DNA of 64,000 nt, taken from Cyanophora paradoxa CCMP329. Taxonomy: Eukaryota > Plantae > Glaucophyta. How positions within the stretch are numbered: the first letter of the stretch is position 1; every line of letters begins with the position of its first letter. This document shows positions 1 through 15,000 of this stretch, piece after piece. The notes under the pieces were generated by a model. It was not told where the DNA came from, made no database searches, and saw only the letters and a program-made list of their open reading frames with translations. The stretch lies in NCBI GenBank assembly GCA_004431415.1, contig QPMI01000572.1:62001-126000 (forward strand). Direction: 5' to 3'. A program made the position numbers and the translations under genes.

Positions 1-3000
1 AACCTGTACACGGTCCAAGAAGGGACAACGCTGACCTGTGGTTGACCTTTGAATCGAGCCCTCCAGGCGCTGCGCTCACCGCGAGTACAATCTTCGACGA
101 CGGCGGCCGTTTGTACCTGCAGTATGCGGGTAATTTAGTCTTAGGGTGTTCCGGGTCGGAAAAGCAGGGGGAATCGCCACATGGGGGGGCCGGATTATCC
201 GCACCGGAAAGCATTCTGCGCCACGGCGTAATGCAAGTCTGACCCAGAGGCGGTAAGGGTGCCATTGCTGGTCCAGTTAGCCATCCCGGCGCTGAACACA
301 TCGACAGAGCACCTGCCGATGACCATGACTAATAGTTAGCGGCCGCCTTCAAATCTAAGCGCGAAGGCGCGGGGCGCTAAATCTCCTAGGGCTGGCCATG
401 GCCGCGGCCAGAACGCACCAGATAAGGAAGTCGCTGGGGAATTCGTCGCGGGGCGCCTCGAAGACGATGGCGGTCGCGTTCCGCTCGGTGACGTTGGGGG
501 AGAGCTCGCCGCAGAGCCGCACGGACACGGGCACGTCGCCCTCCGGCAGGTACCGCCCTGCGACCGTTTCGGACTGTCACTTGCGAAGCATGATCGATAT
601 CACGATCGTCGAGAACCAGTGAACGGGGAGCGCGACCTTTTACGGTGACGAGCAGTTGCCCGGCATTGTTCACAGATGCGACGGAGGGCGTCACGTGATC
701 GATAAGAGAATCTGCGAACAGCACCGCATTAGAATAATGTTTGAATCAATGATAGAGACGCAGAACACGCACTGATACTGATCATCGTAACCGAGGCGCG
801 GGCAGCGGAAACGTTTGAGTACACTTCAAATTGGAAAAAGTCCGTGAAAATGGCAGCCGGATCTCTAGAGACGGTTATTCGAAGCTCGTTCGGAAGCGTC
901 GTGGAGAAGCCAGCCGCAGACGAGCTGGTTTCGACCGAGAGTCGAACCGGACGACTGGCGACCGCGACGAGGTCCTGCTTTCGAAAGTAGACCGGCACGC
1001 CGGCGCGAAGCACGTGAACAGTGCAAAAGGCGGAAGACGCAATTGTGACCACTCTCGACGTGCAATTCAGCGAGACGACAAGAGGCGCCGATTCAAATAC
1101 GAGGACATTAGTTTCTTGGACGCGCGAGCACGATGACGAGTCTCGGCGGTCCGCGCAGAGCCACGTCGTGAGCACGCCGGGACCCGTCTGGGGAGAAAGC
1201 GGAGCAAACATGGTGCTTCTCCATGAGGTGCCAACACCCGTAACATTCCCGGCAGCCAGCAACGGTCCGTTCAGTGTCCCCATCCCCGTCAGCGCCACGT
1301 ACATCGGCGCCGTCCAGAGCGGCTGCCCGTTGCGCAGCGGCGTGTGCGTACAATTCAACGCTCCTCCATCGGGCAACGACGCATCTGCATTGTTCGGGCT
1401 GCAGACGGTCGCAGCTGTATTCGGAATATCTGCGATTGCGAAAATATGGTCGACGTTCGGAAAACATGACCGAATGCAATGGATTTGATGGCATTAGCAG
1501 AAACGAACCAATAGAGACCACGTGCGCGGATGCATTTCCAGGCGACACGGAAAGTCCTCCTGGGCCTGTGACCGGGAAGGCCGGCAGCGTCGTGTTCACC
1601 ACAAACTCGGCGCTCGCCCCAACGAGTGCTGGAAGGCTGTGAGGGCTTCCGAGGACACCGAACCCTGTGATTCTGCAGTCGAACTCGGGCGTTGGCCGTA
1701 TTCCATAAATAATACGATGCGTATACAAATGCGAAACGCACGACAGCATCGAAGCGCGAGCCCAGACAGGCACGCCGGACTTCAGCGGAGACAGCGAGCA
1801 CGAAAGTGGGGATCCCGCGCGCAGCAGGATCGTTTCTGCCGGCAGCAGAGTCTCCAGCAACATCAGCCCCGGAGTGCAGTTGACCGTCGCCGAGTCCGGC
1901 CGCGCTACCACAGCCACTGGTATCGCGCTGTGGAATTCGCAAGAGCCGTTCAACGAACACATGAGCACGACAAGCGACGCCATGCCGATGCGGGGGTAGG
2001 TCGGAGCGCGGAAGGATGTCGAGAACGAGGCCGAAACGAGGCCTGTCACGTTCTTTACAATGGGCGACCCCGCAGCGTCAGCGCCCGAGAGCACGCCCAG
2101 GCCCACGAAGGCAACGGCTGCGGATGTGGTTGTTATCGCAACTCCCTGCTTGAGCGGAACGTGGGTGCAGTTGAGAGTTTCCCCGTCGTCCACGACGACA
2201 TCAACGCCGGAGGGCTCGACCGATGCACATGTGGAATTTATGGCGTCGGGAAGATCTGAAGTAGGACAGCCAAACTCAGCACAGAAACAATACTACTGCA
2301 CGCATAGTTTTAATTGAACCGGAGGCCGATCTACAGGCCAGGTCGCTTCTAGCAAAAGAGCACGAAGAGTACGGACCGATAACGGATATTGTCCAGCTTG
2401 CAGCGCCTGGGTATACAAGCAGCTCGCCGGGCCCAGTCAACGGGAAAGCCCGCAACGTGACGGTAAAGACGTGCAAAACAAACGCCACAGCGGGCGATGA
2501 TATATTGACAACGTCTGGTCCGATCACGCCACTCGACGCGAGTCTGCGAAACGCGCGGCGTTCGGTCATGATCAACGCATGTCTGTCTTATCCACGTTGC
2601 GATCGAAGGCAAGCATTCCAGCCGCACCTCACGGATGCAGCACGTGCCCACACGGCGAACCCGTCACGACGCGCCGTTACGGAACAGTCGAACGCGCTCC
2701 CTGCCAGGTACAGATGCTTGCCGCTTTCGTTTTTCAGACCGGATGCACACGTAATATCCGCGAATTCTGGAGTCGTCGTCACCACGATCGCCACCGCCGC
2801 CTCCGCCACGCACGCGCCCCGGTCCCCGCCCGCGCAGCGGTGCACCACCAGCGACCCGGGGCCCGTCGTGGGCGCCGCCGGGACCGCCGTGCTGCTCGTC
2901 CACGAGCTCGCGACGCCCGTCACGTTGCCCACCGCGCTCAGCGGGCTCGCCAGCGTGCCCGTCCCCGTCAGCGCCACGTACGTCGGCGCCGTCCAGAGCG

Positions 3001-6000
3001 GCTGCCCGTCGCGCAGCGGCGTAAAGGTGCAGTTGAGCGCCGAGCCGTCGGGGACGGAGGCGTCGGTGTTGTTGGGCGAGCACGCCGTCGCGATGGATGT
3101 GGGGACGTCTAGGGACGGTAAGTATTAAAAGAGAATATGTGAATATATCGGCATCTTATAAATAGTCCGCCATTAGCAGAAACGAACCAATAGAGACCAC
3201 GTGCGCGGATGCATTTCCAGGCGACACGGAAAGTCCTCCTGGGCCTGTGACCGGGAAGGCCGGCACCGTCGTGTTCACCACAAACTCGGCGCTCGCCCCA
3301 ACGAGTGCTGGAAGGCTGTGAGGGCTTCCGAGGACACCGAACCCTGTGATTCTGCAGTCGAGCTCGGGCGTTGGCCGTATTCCATAAATAATACGATGCG
3401 TATACAAATGCGAAACGCACGACAGCATCGAAGCGCGAGCCCAGACAGGCACGCCGGACTTCAGCGGAGACAGCGAGCACGAAAGTGGGGATCCCGCGCG
3501 CAGCAGGATCGTTTCTGCCGGCAGCAGAGTCTCCAGCAACATCAGCCCCGGAGTGCAGTTGACCGTCACCGAGTCCGGCCGCGCTACCACAGCCACTGGT
3601 ATCGCGCTGTGGAATTCGCAAGAGCCGTTCAACGAACACATGAGCACGACAAGCGACGCCATGCCGATGCGGGGGTAGGTCGGAGCGCGGAAGGATGTCG
3701 AGAACGAGGCCGAAACGAGGCCTGTCACGTTCTTTACAATGGGCGATCCCGCAGCGTCAGCGCCCGAGAGCACGCCCAGGCCCACGAAGGCAACGGCTGC
3801 GGATGTGGTTGTTATCGCAACTCCCTGCTTGAGCGGAACGTGGGTGCAGTTGAGAGTTTCCCCGTCGTCCACGACGACATCAACGCCGGAGGGCTCGACC
3901 GATGCACATGTGGAATTTATGGCGTCGGGAAGATCTGAAGTAGGACAGCCAAACTCAGCACAGAAACAATACTACTGCACGCATAGTTTTAATTGAACCG
4001 GAGGCCGATCTACAGGCCAGGTCGCTTCTAGCAAAAGAGCACGAAGAGTACGGACCGATAACGGATATTGTCCAGCTTGCAGCGCCTGGGTATACAAGCA
4101 GCTCGCCGGGCCCAGTCAACGGGAAAGCCCGCAACGTGACGGTAAAGACGTGCAAAACAAACGCCACAGCGGGCGATGATATATTGACAACGTCTGGTCC
4201 GATCACGCCACTCGACGCGAGTCTGCGAAACGCGCGGCGTTCGGTCATGATCAACGCATGTCTGTCTTATCCACGTTGCGATCGAAGGCAAGCATTCCAG
4301 CCGCACCTCACGGATGCAGCACGTGCCCACACGGCGAACCCGTCACGACGCGCCGTTACGGAACAGTCGAACGCGCTCCCTGCCAGGTACAGATGCTTGC
4401 CGCTTTCGTTTTTCAGACCGGATGCACACGTAATATCCGCGAATTCTGGAGTCGTCGTCACCACGATCGCCACCGCCGCCTCCGCCACGCACGCGCCCCG
4501 GTCCCCGCCCGCGCAGCGGTGCACCACCAGCGACCCGGGGCCCGTCGTGGACGCCGCCGGGACCGCCGTGCTGCTCGTCCACGAGGTCGCGACGCCCGTC
4601 ACGTTGCCCACCGCGCTCAGCGGGCTCGCCAGCGTGCCCGTCCCCGTCAGCGCCACGTACGTCGGCGCCGTCCAGAGCGACTGCCCGTCGCGCAGCGGCG
4701 TAAAGGTGCAGTTGAGCGCCGAGCCGTCGGGGATGGAGGCGTCGGTGTTGTTGGGCGAGCACGCCGTCGCGATCGACGTCGGGGCGTCTGGGCGGCGCGC
4801 GGCGTCAGGGGCGGCCCGCGAGGGCGGCCGCGGGGGTCGCCTTCGGGGCCGGCGCAGCGCACCGATCGCATACAGCGGCCAGCTCGCCCCGCCCGGGCCC
4901 GCCACCAGCTCGCCCGGCCCCGTCACGGGGAAGGACCGCAGCGAAACCGAGAACGGGAACGAGTTGAAGGTCGCCGGCGGGGCCGAGATGTTCACGTTTT
5001 GCGCCCCGACCACGCCGCTCGCCGTCAGGCTGCCCCCGCCCCGTCAGCCGGCGGCGGCTGCGGATCCCGGCGGGCCAGCGCGAAAACGCCTCGCACGCAC
5101 CTCACGGACGCGGCCCTCACCCACACGGGACTCCCGCCGAGCGTGGGCGTCAGCGTGCAGTTGAAGGCGCTGCCCGCCATGTACAGCTGCGCGCCGCCGT
5201 CGCTGAGGGCCCCCGCCCCGCAGGCCAGCGCTGCCGCGTCGGGCGTCGTCGTCACCACGATCGCCACCGCCGCCTCCGCCACGCACGCGCCCCGGTCCCC
5301 GCCCGCGCAGCGGTGCACCACCAGCGACCCGGGGCCCGTCGTGGGCGCCGCCGGGACCGCCGTGCTGCTAGTCCACGAGCTCGCGACGCCCGTCACGTTG
5401 CCCACCGCGCTCAGCGGGCTCGCCAGCGTGCCCGTCCCCGTCAGCGCCACGTACGTCGGCGCCGTCCAGAGCGGCTGCCCGTCGCGCAGCGGCGTAAAGG
5501 TGCAGTTGAGCGCCGAGCCGTCGGGGATGGAGGCGTCGGTGTTGTTGGGCGAGCACGCCGTCGCGATCGACGTCGGGGCGTCTGGGCGGCGCGCGGCGTC
5601 AGGGCCGGCCCGCGAGGGCGGCCGCGGGGGTCGCCTTCGGGGCCGGCGCAGCGCACCGATCGCATACAGCGGCCAGCTCGCCCCGCCCGGGCCCGCCACC
5701 AGCTCGCCCGGCCCCGTCACGGGGAAGGGCCGCAGCGAAACCGAGAACGGGAACGAGTTGAAGGTCGCCGGCGGGGCCGAGATGTTCACGTTTTGCGCCC
5801 CGACCACGCCGCTCGCCGTCAGGCTGCCCCCGCCCCGTCAGCCGGCGGCGGCTGCGGATCCCGGCGGGCCAGCGCGAAAACGCCTCGCACGCACCTCACG
5901 GACGCGGCCCTCACCCACACGGGACTTCCGCCGAGCGTGGGCGTCAGCGTGCAGTTGAAGGCGCTGCCCGCCATGTACAGCTGCGCGCCGCCGTCGCTGA

Positions 6001-9000
6001 GGGCCCCCGCCCCGCAGGCCAGCGCTGCCGCGTCGGGCGTCGTCGTCACCACGATCGCCAACGCCGCCTCCGCCACGCACGCGCCCCGGTCCCCGCCCGC
6101 GCAGCGGTGCACCACCAGCGACCCGGGGCCCGTCGTGGGCGCCGCCGGGACCGCCGTGCTGCTCGTCCACGAGGTCGCGACGCCCGTCACGTTGCCCACC
6201 GCGCTCAGCGGGCTCGCCAGCGTGCCCGTCCCCGTCAGCGCCACGTACGTCGGCGCCGTCCAGAGCGGCTGCCCGTCGCGCAGCGGCGTAAAGGTGCAGT
6301 TGAGCGCCGAGCCGTCGGGATGGAGGCGTCGGTGTTGTTGGGCGAGCACGCCGTCGCGATCGACGTCGGGGCGTCTGGGCGGCGCGCGGCGTCAGGGGCG
6401 GCCCGCGAGGGCGGTCGCGGGGGTCGCCTTCGGGGCCGGCGCAGCGCACCGATCGCATACAGCGGCCAGCTCGCCCCGCCCGGGCCCGCCACCAGCTCGC
6501 CCGGCCCCGTCACGGGGAAGGGCCGCAGCGGAACCGAGAACGGGAACGAGTTGAAGGTCGCCGGCGGGGCCGAGATGTTCACGTTTTGCGCCCCGACCAC
6601 GCCGCTCGCCGTCAGGCTGCCCCCGCCCCGTCAGCCGGCGGCGGCTGCGGATCCCGGCGGGCCAGCGCGAAAACGCCTCGCACGCACCTCACGGACGCGG
6701 CCCTCACCCACACGGGACTCCCGCCGAGCGTGGGCGTCAGCGTGCAGTTGAAGGCGCTGCCCGCTATGTACAGCTGCGCGCCGCCGTCGCTGAGGGCCCC
6801 CGCCCCGCAGGCCAGCGCTGCCGCGTCGGGCGTCGTCGTCACCACGATCGCCACCGCCGCCTCCGCCACGCACGCGCCCCGGTCCCCGCCCGCGCAGCGG
6901 TGCACCACCAGCGACCCGGGGCCCGTCGTGGGCGCCGCCGGGACCGCCGTGCTGCTCGTCCACGAGCTCGCGACGCCCGTCACGTTGCCCACCGCGCTCA
7001 GCGGGCTCGCCAGCGTGCCCGTCCCCGTCAGCGCCACGTACGTCGGCGCCGTCCAGAGCGGCTGCCCGTCGCGCAGCGGCGTAAAGGTGCAGTTGAGCGC
7101 CGAGCCGTCGGGAATGGAGGCGTCGGTGTTGTTGGGCGAGCACGCCGTCGCGATCGACGTCGGGGCGTCTGGGCGGCGCGCGGCGTCAGGGGCGGCCCGC
7201 GAGGGTGGCCGGGGGGGTCGCCTTCGGGGCCGGCGCAGCGCACCGATCGCATACAGCGGCCAGCTCGCCCCGCCCGGGCCCGCCACCAGCTCGCCCGGCC
7301 CCGTCACGGGGAAGGGCCGCAGCGGAACCGAGAACGGGAACGAGTTGAAGGTCGCCGGCGGGGCCGAGATATTCACGTTTTGCGCCCCAACCACGCCGCT
7401 CGCCGTCAGGCTGCCCCCGCCCCGTCAGCCGCCGGCGGCTGCGGATCCCGGCGGGCCAGCGCGAAAGCGCCTCGCACGCACCTCACGGACGCGGCCCTCA
7501 CCCACACGGGACTCCCGCCGAGCGTGGGCGTCAGCGTGCAGTTGAAGGCGCTGCCCGCCATGTACAGCTGCGCGCCGCCGTCGCTGAGGGCCCCCGCCCC
7601 GCAGGCCAGCGCTGCCGCGTCGGGCGTCGTCGTCACCACGATCGCCAACGCCGCCTCCGCCACGCACGCGCCCCGGTCCCCGCCCGCGCAGCGGTGCACC
7701 ACCAGCGACCCGGGGCCCGTCGTGGGCGCCGCCGGGACCGCCGTGCTGCTCGTCCACGAGGTCGCGACGCCCGTCACGTTGCCCACCGCGCTCAGCGGGC
7801 TCGCCAGCGTGCCCGTCCCGTCAGCGCCACGTACGTCGGCGCCGTCCAGAGCGGCTGCCCGTCGCGCAGCGGCGTAAAGGTGCAGTTGAGCGCCGAGCCG
7901 TCGGGGATGGAGGCGTCGGTGTTGTTGGGCGAGCACGCCGTCGCGATCGACGTCGGGGCGTCTGGGCGGCGCGCGGCGTCAGGGCCGGCCCGCGAGGGCG
8001 GCCGCGGGGGTCGCCTTCGGGGCCGGCGCAGCGCACCGATCGCATACAGCGGCCAGCTCGCCCCGCCCGGGCCCGCCACCAGCTCGCCCGGCCCCGTCAC
8101 GGGGAAGGGCCGCAGCGAAACCGAGAACGGGAACGAGTTGAAGGTCGCCGGCGGGGCCGAGATGTTCACGTTTTGCGCCCCGACCACGCCGCTCGCCGTC
8201 AGGCTGCCCCCGCCCCGTCAGCCGGCGGCGGCTGCGGATCCCGGCGGGCCAGCGCGAAAACGCCTCGCACGCACCTCACGGACGCGGCCCTCACCCACAC
8301 GGGACTTCCGCCGAGCGTGGGCGTCAGCGTGCAGTTGAAGGCGCTGCCCGCCATGTACAGCTGCGCGCCGCCGTCGCTGAGGGCCCCCGCCCCGCAGGCC
8401 AGCGCTGCCGCGTCGGGCGTCGTCGTCACCACGATCGCCACCGCCGCCTCCGCCACGCACGCGCCCCGGTCCCCGCCCGCGCAGCGGTGCACCACCAGCG
8501 ACCCGGGGCCCGTCGTGGGCGCCGCCGGGACCGCCGTGCTGCTCGTCCACGAGGTCGCGACGCCCGTCACGTTGCCCACCGCGCTCAGCGGGCTCGCCAG
8601 CGTGCCCGTCCCCGTCAGCGCCACGTACGTCGGCGCCGTCCAGAGCGGCTGCCCGTCGCGCAGCGGCGTAAAGGTGCAGTTGAGCGCCGAGCCGTCGGGG
8701 ATGGAGGCGTCGGTGTTGTTGGGCGAGCACGCCGTCGCGATCGACGTCGGGGCGTCTGGGCGGCGCGCGGCGTCAGGGGCGGCCCGCGAGGGTGGCCGCG
8801 GGGGTCGCCTTCGGGGCCGGCGCAGCGCACCGATCGCATACAGCGGCCAGCTCGCCCCGCCCGGGCCCGCCACCAGCTCGCCCGGCCCGTCACGGGGAAG
8901 GGCCGCAGCGAAACCGAGAACGGGAACGAGTTGAAGGTCGCCGGCGGGGCCGAGATGTTCACGTTTTGCGCCCCGACCACGCCGCTCGCCGTCAGGCTGC

Positions 9001-12000
9001 CCCCGCCCCGTCAGCCGGCGGCGGCTGCGGATCCCGGCGGGCCAGCGCGAAAGCGCCTCGCACGCACCTCACGGACGCGGCCCTCACCCACACGGGACTC
9101 CCGCCGAGCGTGGGCGTCAGCGTGCAGTTGAAGGCGCTGCCCGCCATGTACAGCTGCGCGCCGCCGTCGCTGAGGGCCCCCGCCCCGCAGGCCAGCGCTG
9201 CCGCGTCGGGCGTCGTCGTCACCACGATCGCCACCGCCGCCTCCGCCACGCACGCGCCCCGGTCCCCGCCCGCGCAGCGGTGCACCACCAGCGACCCGGG
9301 GCCCGTCGTGGGCGCCGCCGGGACCGCCGTGCTGCTCGTCCACGAGGTCGCGACGCCCGTCACGTTGCCCACCGCGCTCAGCGGGCTCGCCAGCGTGCCC
9401 GTCCCCGTCAGCGCCACGTACGTCGGCGCCGTCCAGAGCGGCTGCCCGTCGCGCAGCGGCGTAAAGGTGCAGTTGAGCGCCGAGCCGTCGGGGATGGAGG
9501 CGTCGGTGTTGTTGGGCGAGCACGCCGTCGCGATCGACGTCGGGGCGTCTGGGCGGCGCGCGGCGTCAGGGGCGGCCCGCGAGGGTGGCCGCGGGGGTCG
9601 CCTTCGGGGCCGGCGCAGCGCACCGATCGCATACAGCGGCCAGCTCGCCCCGCCCGGGCCCGCCACCAGCTCGCCCGGCCCCGTCACGGGGAAGGGCCGC
9701 AGCGAAACCGAGAACGGGAACGAGTTGAAGGTCGCCGGCGGGGCCGAGATGTTCACGTTTTGCGCCCCGACCACGCCGCTCGCCGTCAGGCTGCCCCCGC
9801 CCCGTCAGCCGGCGGCGGCTGCGGATCCCGGCGGGCCAGCGCGAAAGCGCCTCGCACGCACCTCACGGACGCGGCCCTCACCCACACGGGACTCCCGCCG
9901 AGCGTGGGCGTCAGCGTGCAGTTGAAGGCGCTGCCCGCCATGTACAGCTGCGCGCCGCCGTCGCTGAGGGCCCCCGCCCCGCAGGCCAGCGCTGCCGCGT
10001 CGGGCGTCGTCGTCACCACGATCGCCACCGCCGCCTCCGCCACGCACGCGCCCCGGTCCCCGCCCGCGCAGCGGTGCACCACCAGCGACCCGGGGCCCGT
10101 CGTGGGCGCCGCCGGGACCGCCGTGCTGCTCGTCCACGAGCTCGCGACGCCCGTCACGTTGCCCACCGCGCTCAGCGGGCTCGCCAGCGTGCCCGTCCCC
10201 GTCAGCGCCACGTACGTCGGCGCCGTCCAGAGCGGCTGCCCGTCGCGCAGCGGCGTAAAGGTGCAGTTGAGCGCCGAGCCGTCGGGGATGGAGGCGGCGT
10301 CGGTGTTGTTGGGCGAGCACGCCGTCGCGATCGACGTCGGGGCGTCTGGGCGGCGCGCGGCGTCAGGGGCGGCCCGCGAGGGCGGCCGCGGGGGTCGCCT
10401 TCGGGGCCGGCGCAGCGCACCGATCGCATACAGCGGCCAGCTCGCCCCGCCCGGGCCCGCCACCAGCTCGCCCGGCCCCGTCACGGGGAAGGGCCGCAGC
10501 GGAACCGAGAACGGGAACGAGTTGAAGGTCGCCGGCGGGGCCGAGATGTTCACGTTTTGCGCCCCGACCACGCCGCTCGCCGTCAGGCTGCCCCCGCCCC
10601 GTCAGCCGGCGGCGGCTGCGGATGCCGGCGGGCCAGCGCGAAAACGCCTCGCACGCACCTCACGGACGCGGCCCTCACCCACACGGGACTCCCGCCGAGC
10701 GTGGGCGTCAGCGTGCAGTTGAAGGCGCTGCCCGCCATGTACAGCTGCGCGCCGCCGTCGCTGAGGGCCCCCGCCCCGCAGGCCAGCGCTGCCGCGTCGG
10801 GCGTCGTCGTCACCACGATCGCCACCGCCGCCTCCGCCACGCACGCGCCCCGGTCCCCGCCCGCGCAGCGGTGCACCACCAGCGACCCGGGCCCGTCGTG
10901 GGCGCCGCCGGGACCGCCGTGCTGCTCGTCCACGAGCTCGCGACGCCCGTCACGTTGCCCACCGCGCTCAGCGGGCTCGCCAGCGTGCCCGTCCCCGTCA
11001 GCGCCACGTACGTCGGCGCCGTCCAGAGCGGCTGCCCGTCGCGCAGCGGCGTAAAGGTGCAGTTGAGCGCCGAGCCGTCGGGGATGGAGGCGTCGGTGTT
11101 GTTGGGCGAGCACGCCGTCGCGATCGACGTCGGGGCGTCTGGGCGGCGCGCGGCGTCAGGGGCGGCCCGCGAGGGCGGCCGCGGGGGTCGCCTTCGGGGC
11201 CGGCGCAGCGCACCGATCGCATACAGCGGCCAGCTTGCTCCGCCCGGGCCCGCCACCAGCTCGCCCGGCCCCGTCACGGGGAAGGGCCGCAGCGGAACCG
11301 AGAACGGGAACGAGTTGAAGGTCGCCGGCGGGGCCGAGATGTTCACGTTTTGCGCCCCGACCACGCCGCTCGCCGTCAGGCTGCCCCCGCCCCGTCAGCC
11401 GCCGGCGGCTGCGGATCCCGGCGGGCCAGCGCGAAAACGCCTCGCACGCACCTCACGGACGCGGCCCTCACCCACACGGGACTCCCGCCGAGCGTGGGCG
11501 TCAGCGTGCAGTTGAAGGCGCTGCCCGCCATGTACAGCTGCGCGCCGCCGTCGCTGAGGGCCCCCGTCCCGCAGGCCAGCGCTGCCGCGTCGGGCGTCGT
11601 CGTCACCACGATCGCCACCGCCGCCTCCGCCACGCACGCGCCCCGGTCCCCGCCCGCGCAGCGGTGCACCACCAGCAACCCGGGGCCCGTCGTGGGCGCC
11701 GCCGGGACCGCCGTGCTGCTCGTCCACGAGGTCGCGACGCCCGTCACGTTGCCCACCGCGCTCAGCGGGCTCGCCAGCGTGCCCGTCCCCGTCAGCGCCA
11801 CGTACGTCGGCGCCGTCCAGAGCGGCTGCCCGTCGCGCAGCGGCGTAAAGGTGCAGTTGAGCGCCGAGCCGTCGGGGATGGAGGCGTCGGTGTTGTTGGG
11901 CGAGCACGCCGTCGCGATCGACGTCGGGGCGTCTGGGCGGCGCGCGGCGTCAGGGGCGGCCCGCGAGGGCGGCCGCGGGGGTCGCCTTCGGGGCCGGCGC

Positions 12001-15000
12001 AGCGCACCGATCGCATACAGCGGCCAGCTCGCTCCGCCCGGGCCCGCCACCAGCTCGCCCGGCCCCGTCACGGGGAAGGGCCGCAGCGGAACCGAGAACG
12101 GGAACGAGTTGAAGGTCGCCGGCGGGGCCGAGATGTTCACGTTTTGCGCCCCGACCACGCCACTCGCCGTCAGGCTGCCCCCGCCCCGTCAGCCGCCGGC
12201 GGCTGCGGATCCCGGCGGGCCAGCGCGAAAACGCCTCGCACGCACCTCACGGACGCGGCCCTCACCCACACGGGACTCCCGCCGAGCGTGGGCGTCAGCG
12301 TGCAGTTAAAGGCGCTGCCCGCCATGTACAGCTGCGCGCCGCCGTCGCTGAGGGCCCCCGTCCCGCAGGCCAGCGCTGCCGCGTCGGGCGTCGTCGTCAC
12401 CACGATCGCCACCGCCGCCTCCGCCACGCACGCGCCCCGGTCCCCGCCCGCGCAGCGGTGCACCACCAGCGACCCGGGGCCCGTCGTGGGCGCCGCCGGG
12501 ACCGCCGTGCTGCTCGTCCACGAGCTCGCGACGCCCGTCACGTTGCCCACCGCGCTCAGCGGGCTCGCCAGCGTGCCCGTCCCCGTCAGCGCCACGTACG
12601 TCGGCGCCGTCCAGAGCGGCTGCCCGTCGCGCAGCGGCGTAAAGGTGCAGTTGAGCGCCGAGCCGTCGGGGATGGAGGCGTCGGTGTTGTTGGGCGAGCA
12701 CGCCGTCGCGATCGACGTCGGGGCGTCTGGGCGGCGCGCGGCGTCAGGGGCGGCCCGCGAGGGCGGCCGCGGGGGTCGCCTTCGGGGCCGGCGCAGCGCA
12801 CCGATCGCATACAGCGGCCAGCTCGCTCCGCCCGGGCCCGCCACCAGCTCGCCCGGCCCCGTCACGGGGAAGGGCCGCAGCGGAACCGAGAACGGGAACG
12901 AGTTGAAGGTCGCCGGCGGGGCCGAGATGTTCACGTTTTGCGCCCCGACCACGCCGCTCGCCGTCAGGCTGCCCCCGCCCCGTCAGCCGCCGGCGGCTGC
13001 GGATCCCGGCGGGCCAGCGCGAAAACGCCTCGCACGCACCTCACGGACGCGGCCCTCACCCACACGGGACTCCCGCCGAGCGTGGGCGTCAGCGTGCAGT
13101 TGAAGGCGCTGCCCGCCATGTACAGCTGCGCGCCGCCGTCGCTGAGGGCCCCCGCCCCGCAGGCCAGCGCTGCCGCGTCGGGCGTCGTCGTCACCACGAT
13201 CGCCACCGCCGCCTCCGCCACGCACGCGCCCCGGTCCCCGCCCGCGCAGCGGTGCACCACCAGCGACCCGGGGCCCGTCGTGGGCGCCGCCGGGACCGCC
13301 GTGCTGCTCGTCCACGAGCTCGCGACGCCCGTCACGTTGCCCACCGCGCTCAGCGGGCTCGCCAGCGTGCCCGTCCCCGTCAGCGCCACGTACGTCGGCG
13401 CCGTCCAGAGCGGCTGCCCGTCGCGCAGCGGCGTAAAGGTGCAGTTGAGCGCCGAGCCGTCGGGGATGGAGGCGTCGGTGTTGTTGGGCGAGCACGCCGT
13501 CGCGATCGACGTCGGGGCGTCTGGGCGGCGAGCGGCGTCAGGGGCGGCCCGCGAGGGCGGCCGCGGGGGTCGCCTTCGGGGCCGGCGCAGCGCACCGATC
13601 GCATACAGCGGCCAGCTCGCCCCGCCCGGGCCCGCCACCAGCTCGCCCGGCCCCGTCACGGGGAAGGGCCGCAGCGGAACCGAGAACGGGAACGAGTTGA
13701 AGGTTGCCGGCGGGGCCGAGATGTTCACGTTTTGCGCCCCGACCACGCCGCTCGCCGTCAGGCTGCCCCCGCCCCGTCAGCCGCCGGCGGCTGCGGATCC
13801 CGGTGGGCCAGCGCGAAAACGCCTCGCACGCACCTCACGGACGCGGCCCTCACCCACACGGGACTCCCGCCGAGCGTGTGCGTCAGCGTGCAGTTGAAGG
13901 CGCTGCCCGCCATGTACAGCTGCGCGCCGCCGTCGCTGAGGGCCCCCGCCCCGCAGGCCAGCGCTGCCGCGTCGGGCGTCGTCGTCACCACGATCGCCAC
14001 CGCCGCCTCCGCCACGCACGCGCCCCGGTCCCCGCCCGCGCAGCGGTGCACCACCAGCGACCCGGGGCCCGTCGTGGGCGCCGCCGGGACCGCCGTGCTG
14101 CTCGTCCACGAGCTCGCGACGCCCGTCACGTTGCCCACCGCGCTCAGCGGGCTCGCCAGCGTGCCCGTCCCCGTCAGCGCCACGTACGTCGGCGCCGTCC
14201 AGAGCGGCTGCCCGTCGCGCAGCGGCGTAAAGGTGCAGTTGAGCGCCGAGCCGTCGGGGATGGAGGCGTCGGTGTTGTTGGGCGAGCACGCCGTCGCGAT
14301 CGACGTCGGGGCGTCTGGGCGGCGCGCGGCGTCAGGGGCGGCCCGCGAGGGCGGTCGCGGGGGTCGCCTTCGGGGCCGGCGCAGCGCACCGATCGCATAC
14401 AGCGGCCAGCTCGCCCCGCCCGGGCCCCCACCAGCTCGCCCGGCCCCGTCACGGGGAAGGGCCGCAGCGGAACCGAGAACGGGACCGAGTTGAAGGTCGC
14501 CGGCGGGGCCGAGATGTTCACGTTTTGCGCCCCGACCACGCCGCTCGCCGTCAGGCTGCCCCCGCCCCGTCAGCCGGCGGCGGCTGCGGATCCCGGCGGG
14601 CCAGCGCGAAAACGCCTCGCACGCACCTCACGGACGCGGCCCTCACCCACACGGGACTCCCGCCGAGCGTGGGCGTCAGCGTGCAGTTGAAGGCGCTGCC
14701 CGCCATGTACAGCTGCGCGCCGCCGTCGCTGAGGGCCCCCGCCCCGCAGGCCAGCGCTGCCGCGTCGGGCGTCGTCGTCACCACGATCGCCACCGCCGCC
14801 TCCGCCACGCACGCGCCCCGGTCCCCGCCCGCGCAGCGGTGCACCACCAGCGACCCGGGGCCCGTCGTGGGCGCCGCCGGGACCGCCGTGCTGCTCGTCC
14901 ACGAGCTCGCGACGCCCGTCACGTTGCCCACCGCGCTCAGCGGGCTCGCCAGCGTGCCCGTCCCCGTCAGCGCCACGTACGTCGGCGCCGTCCAGAGCGG

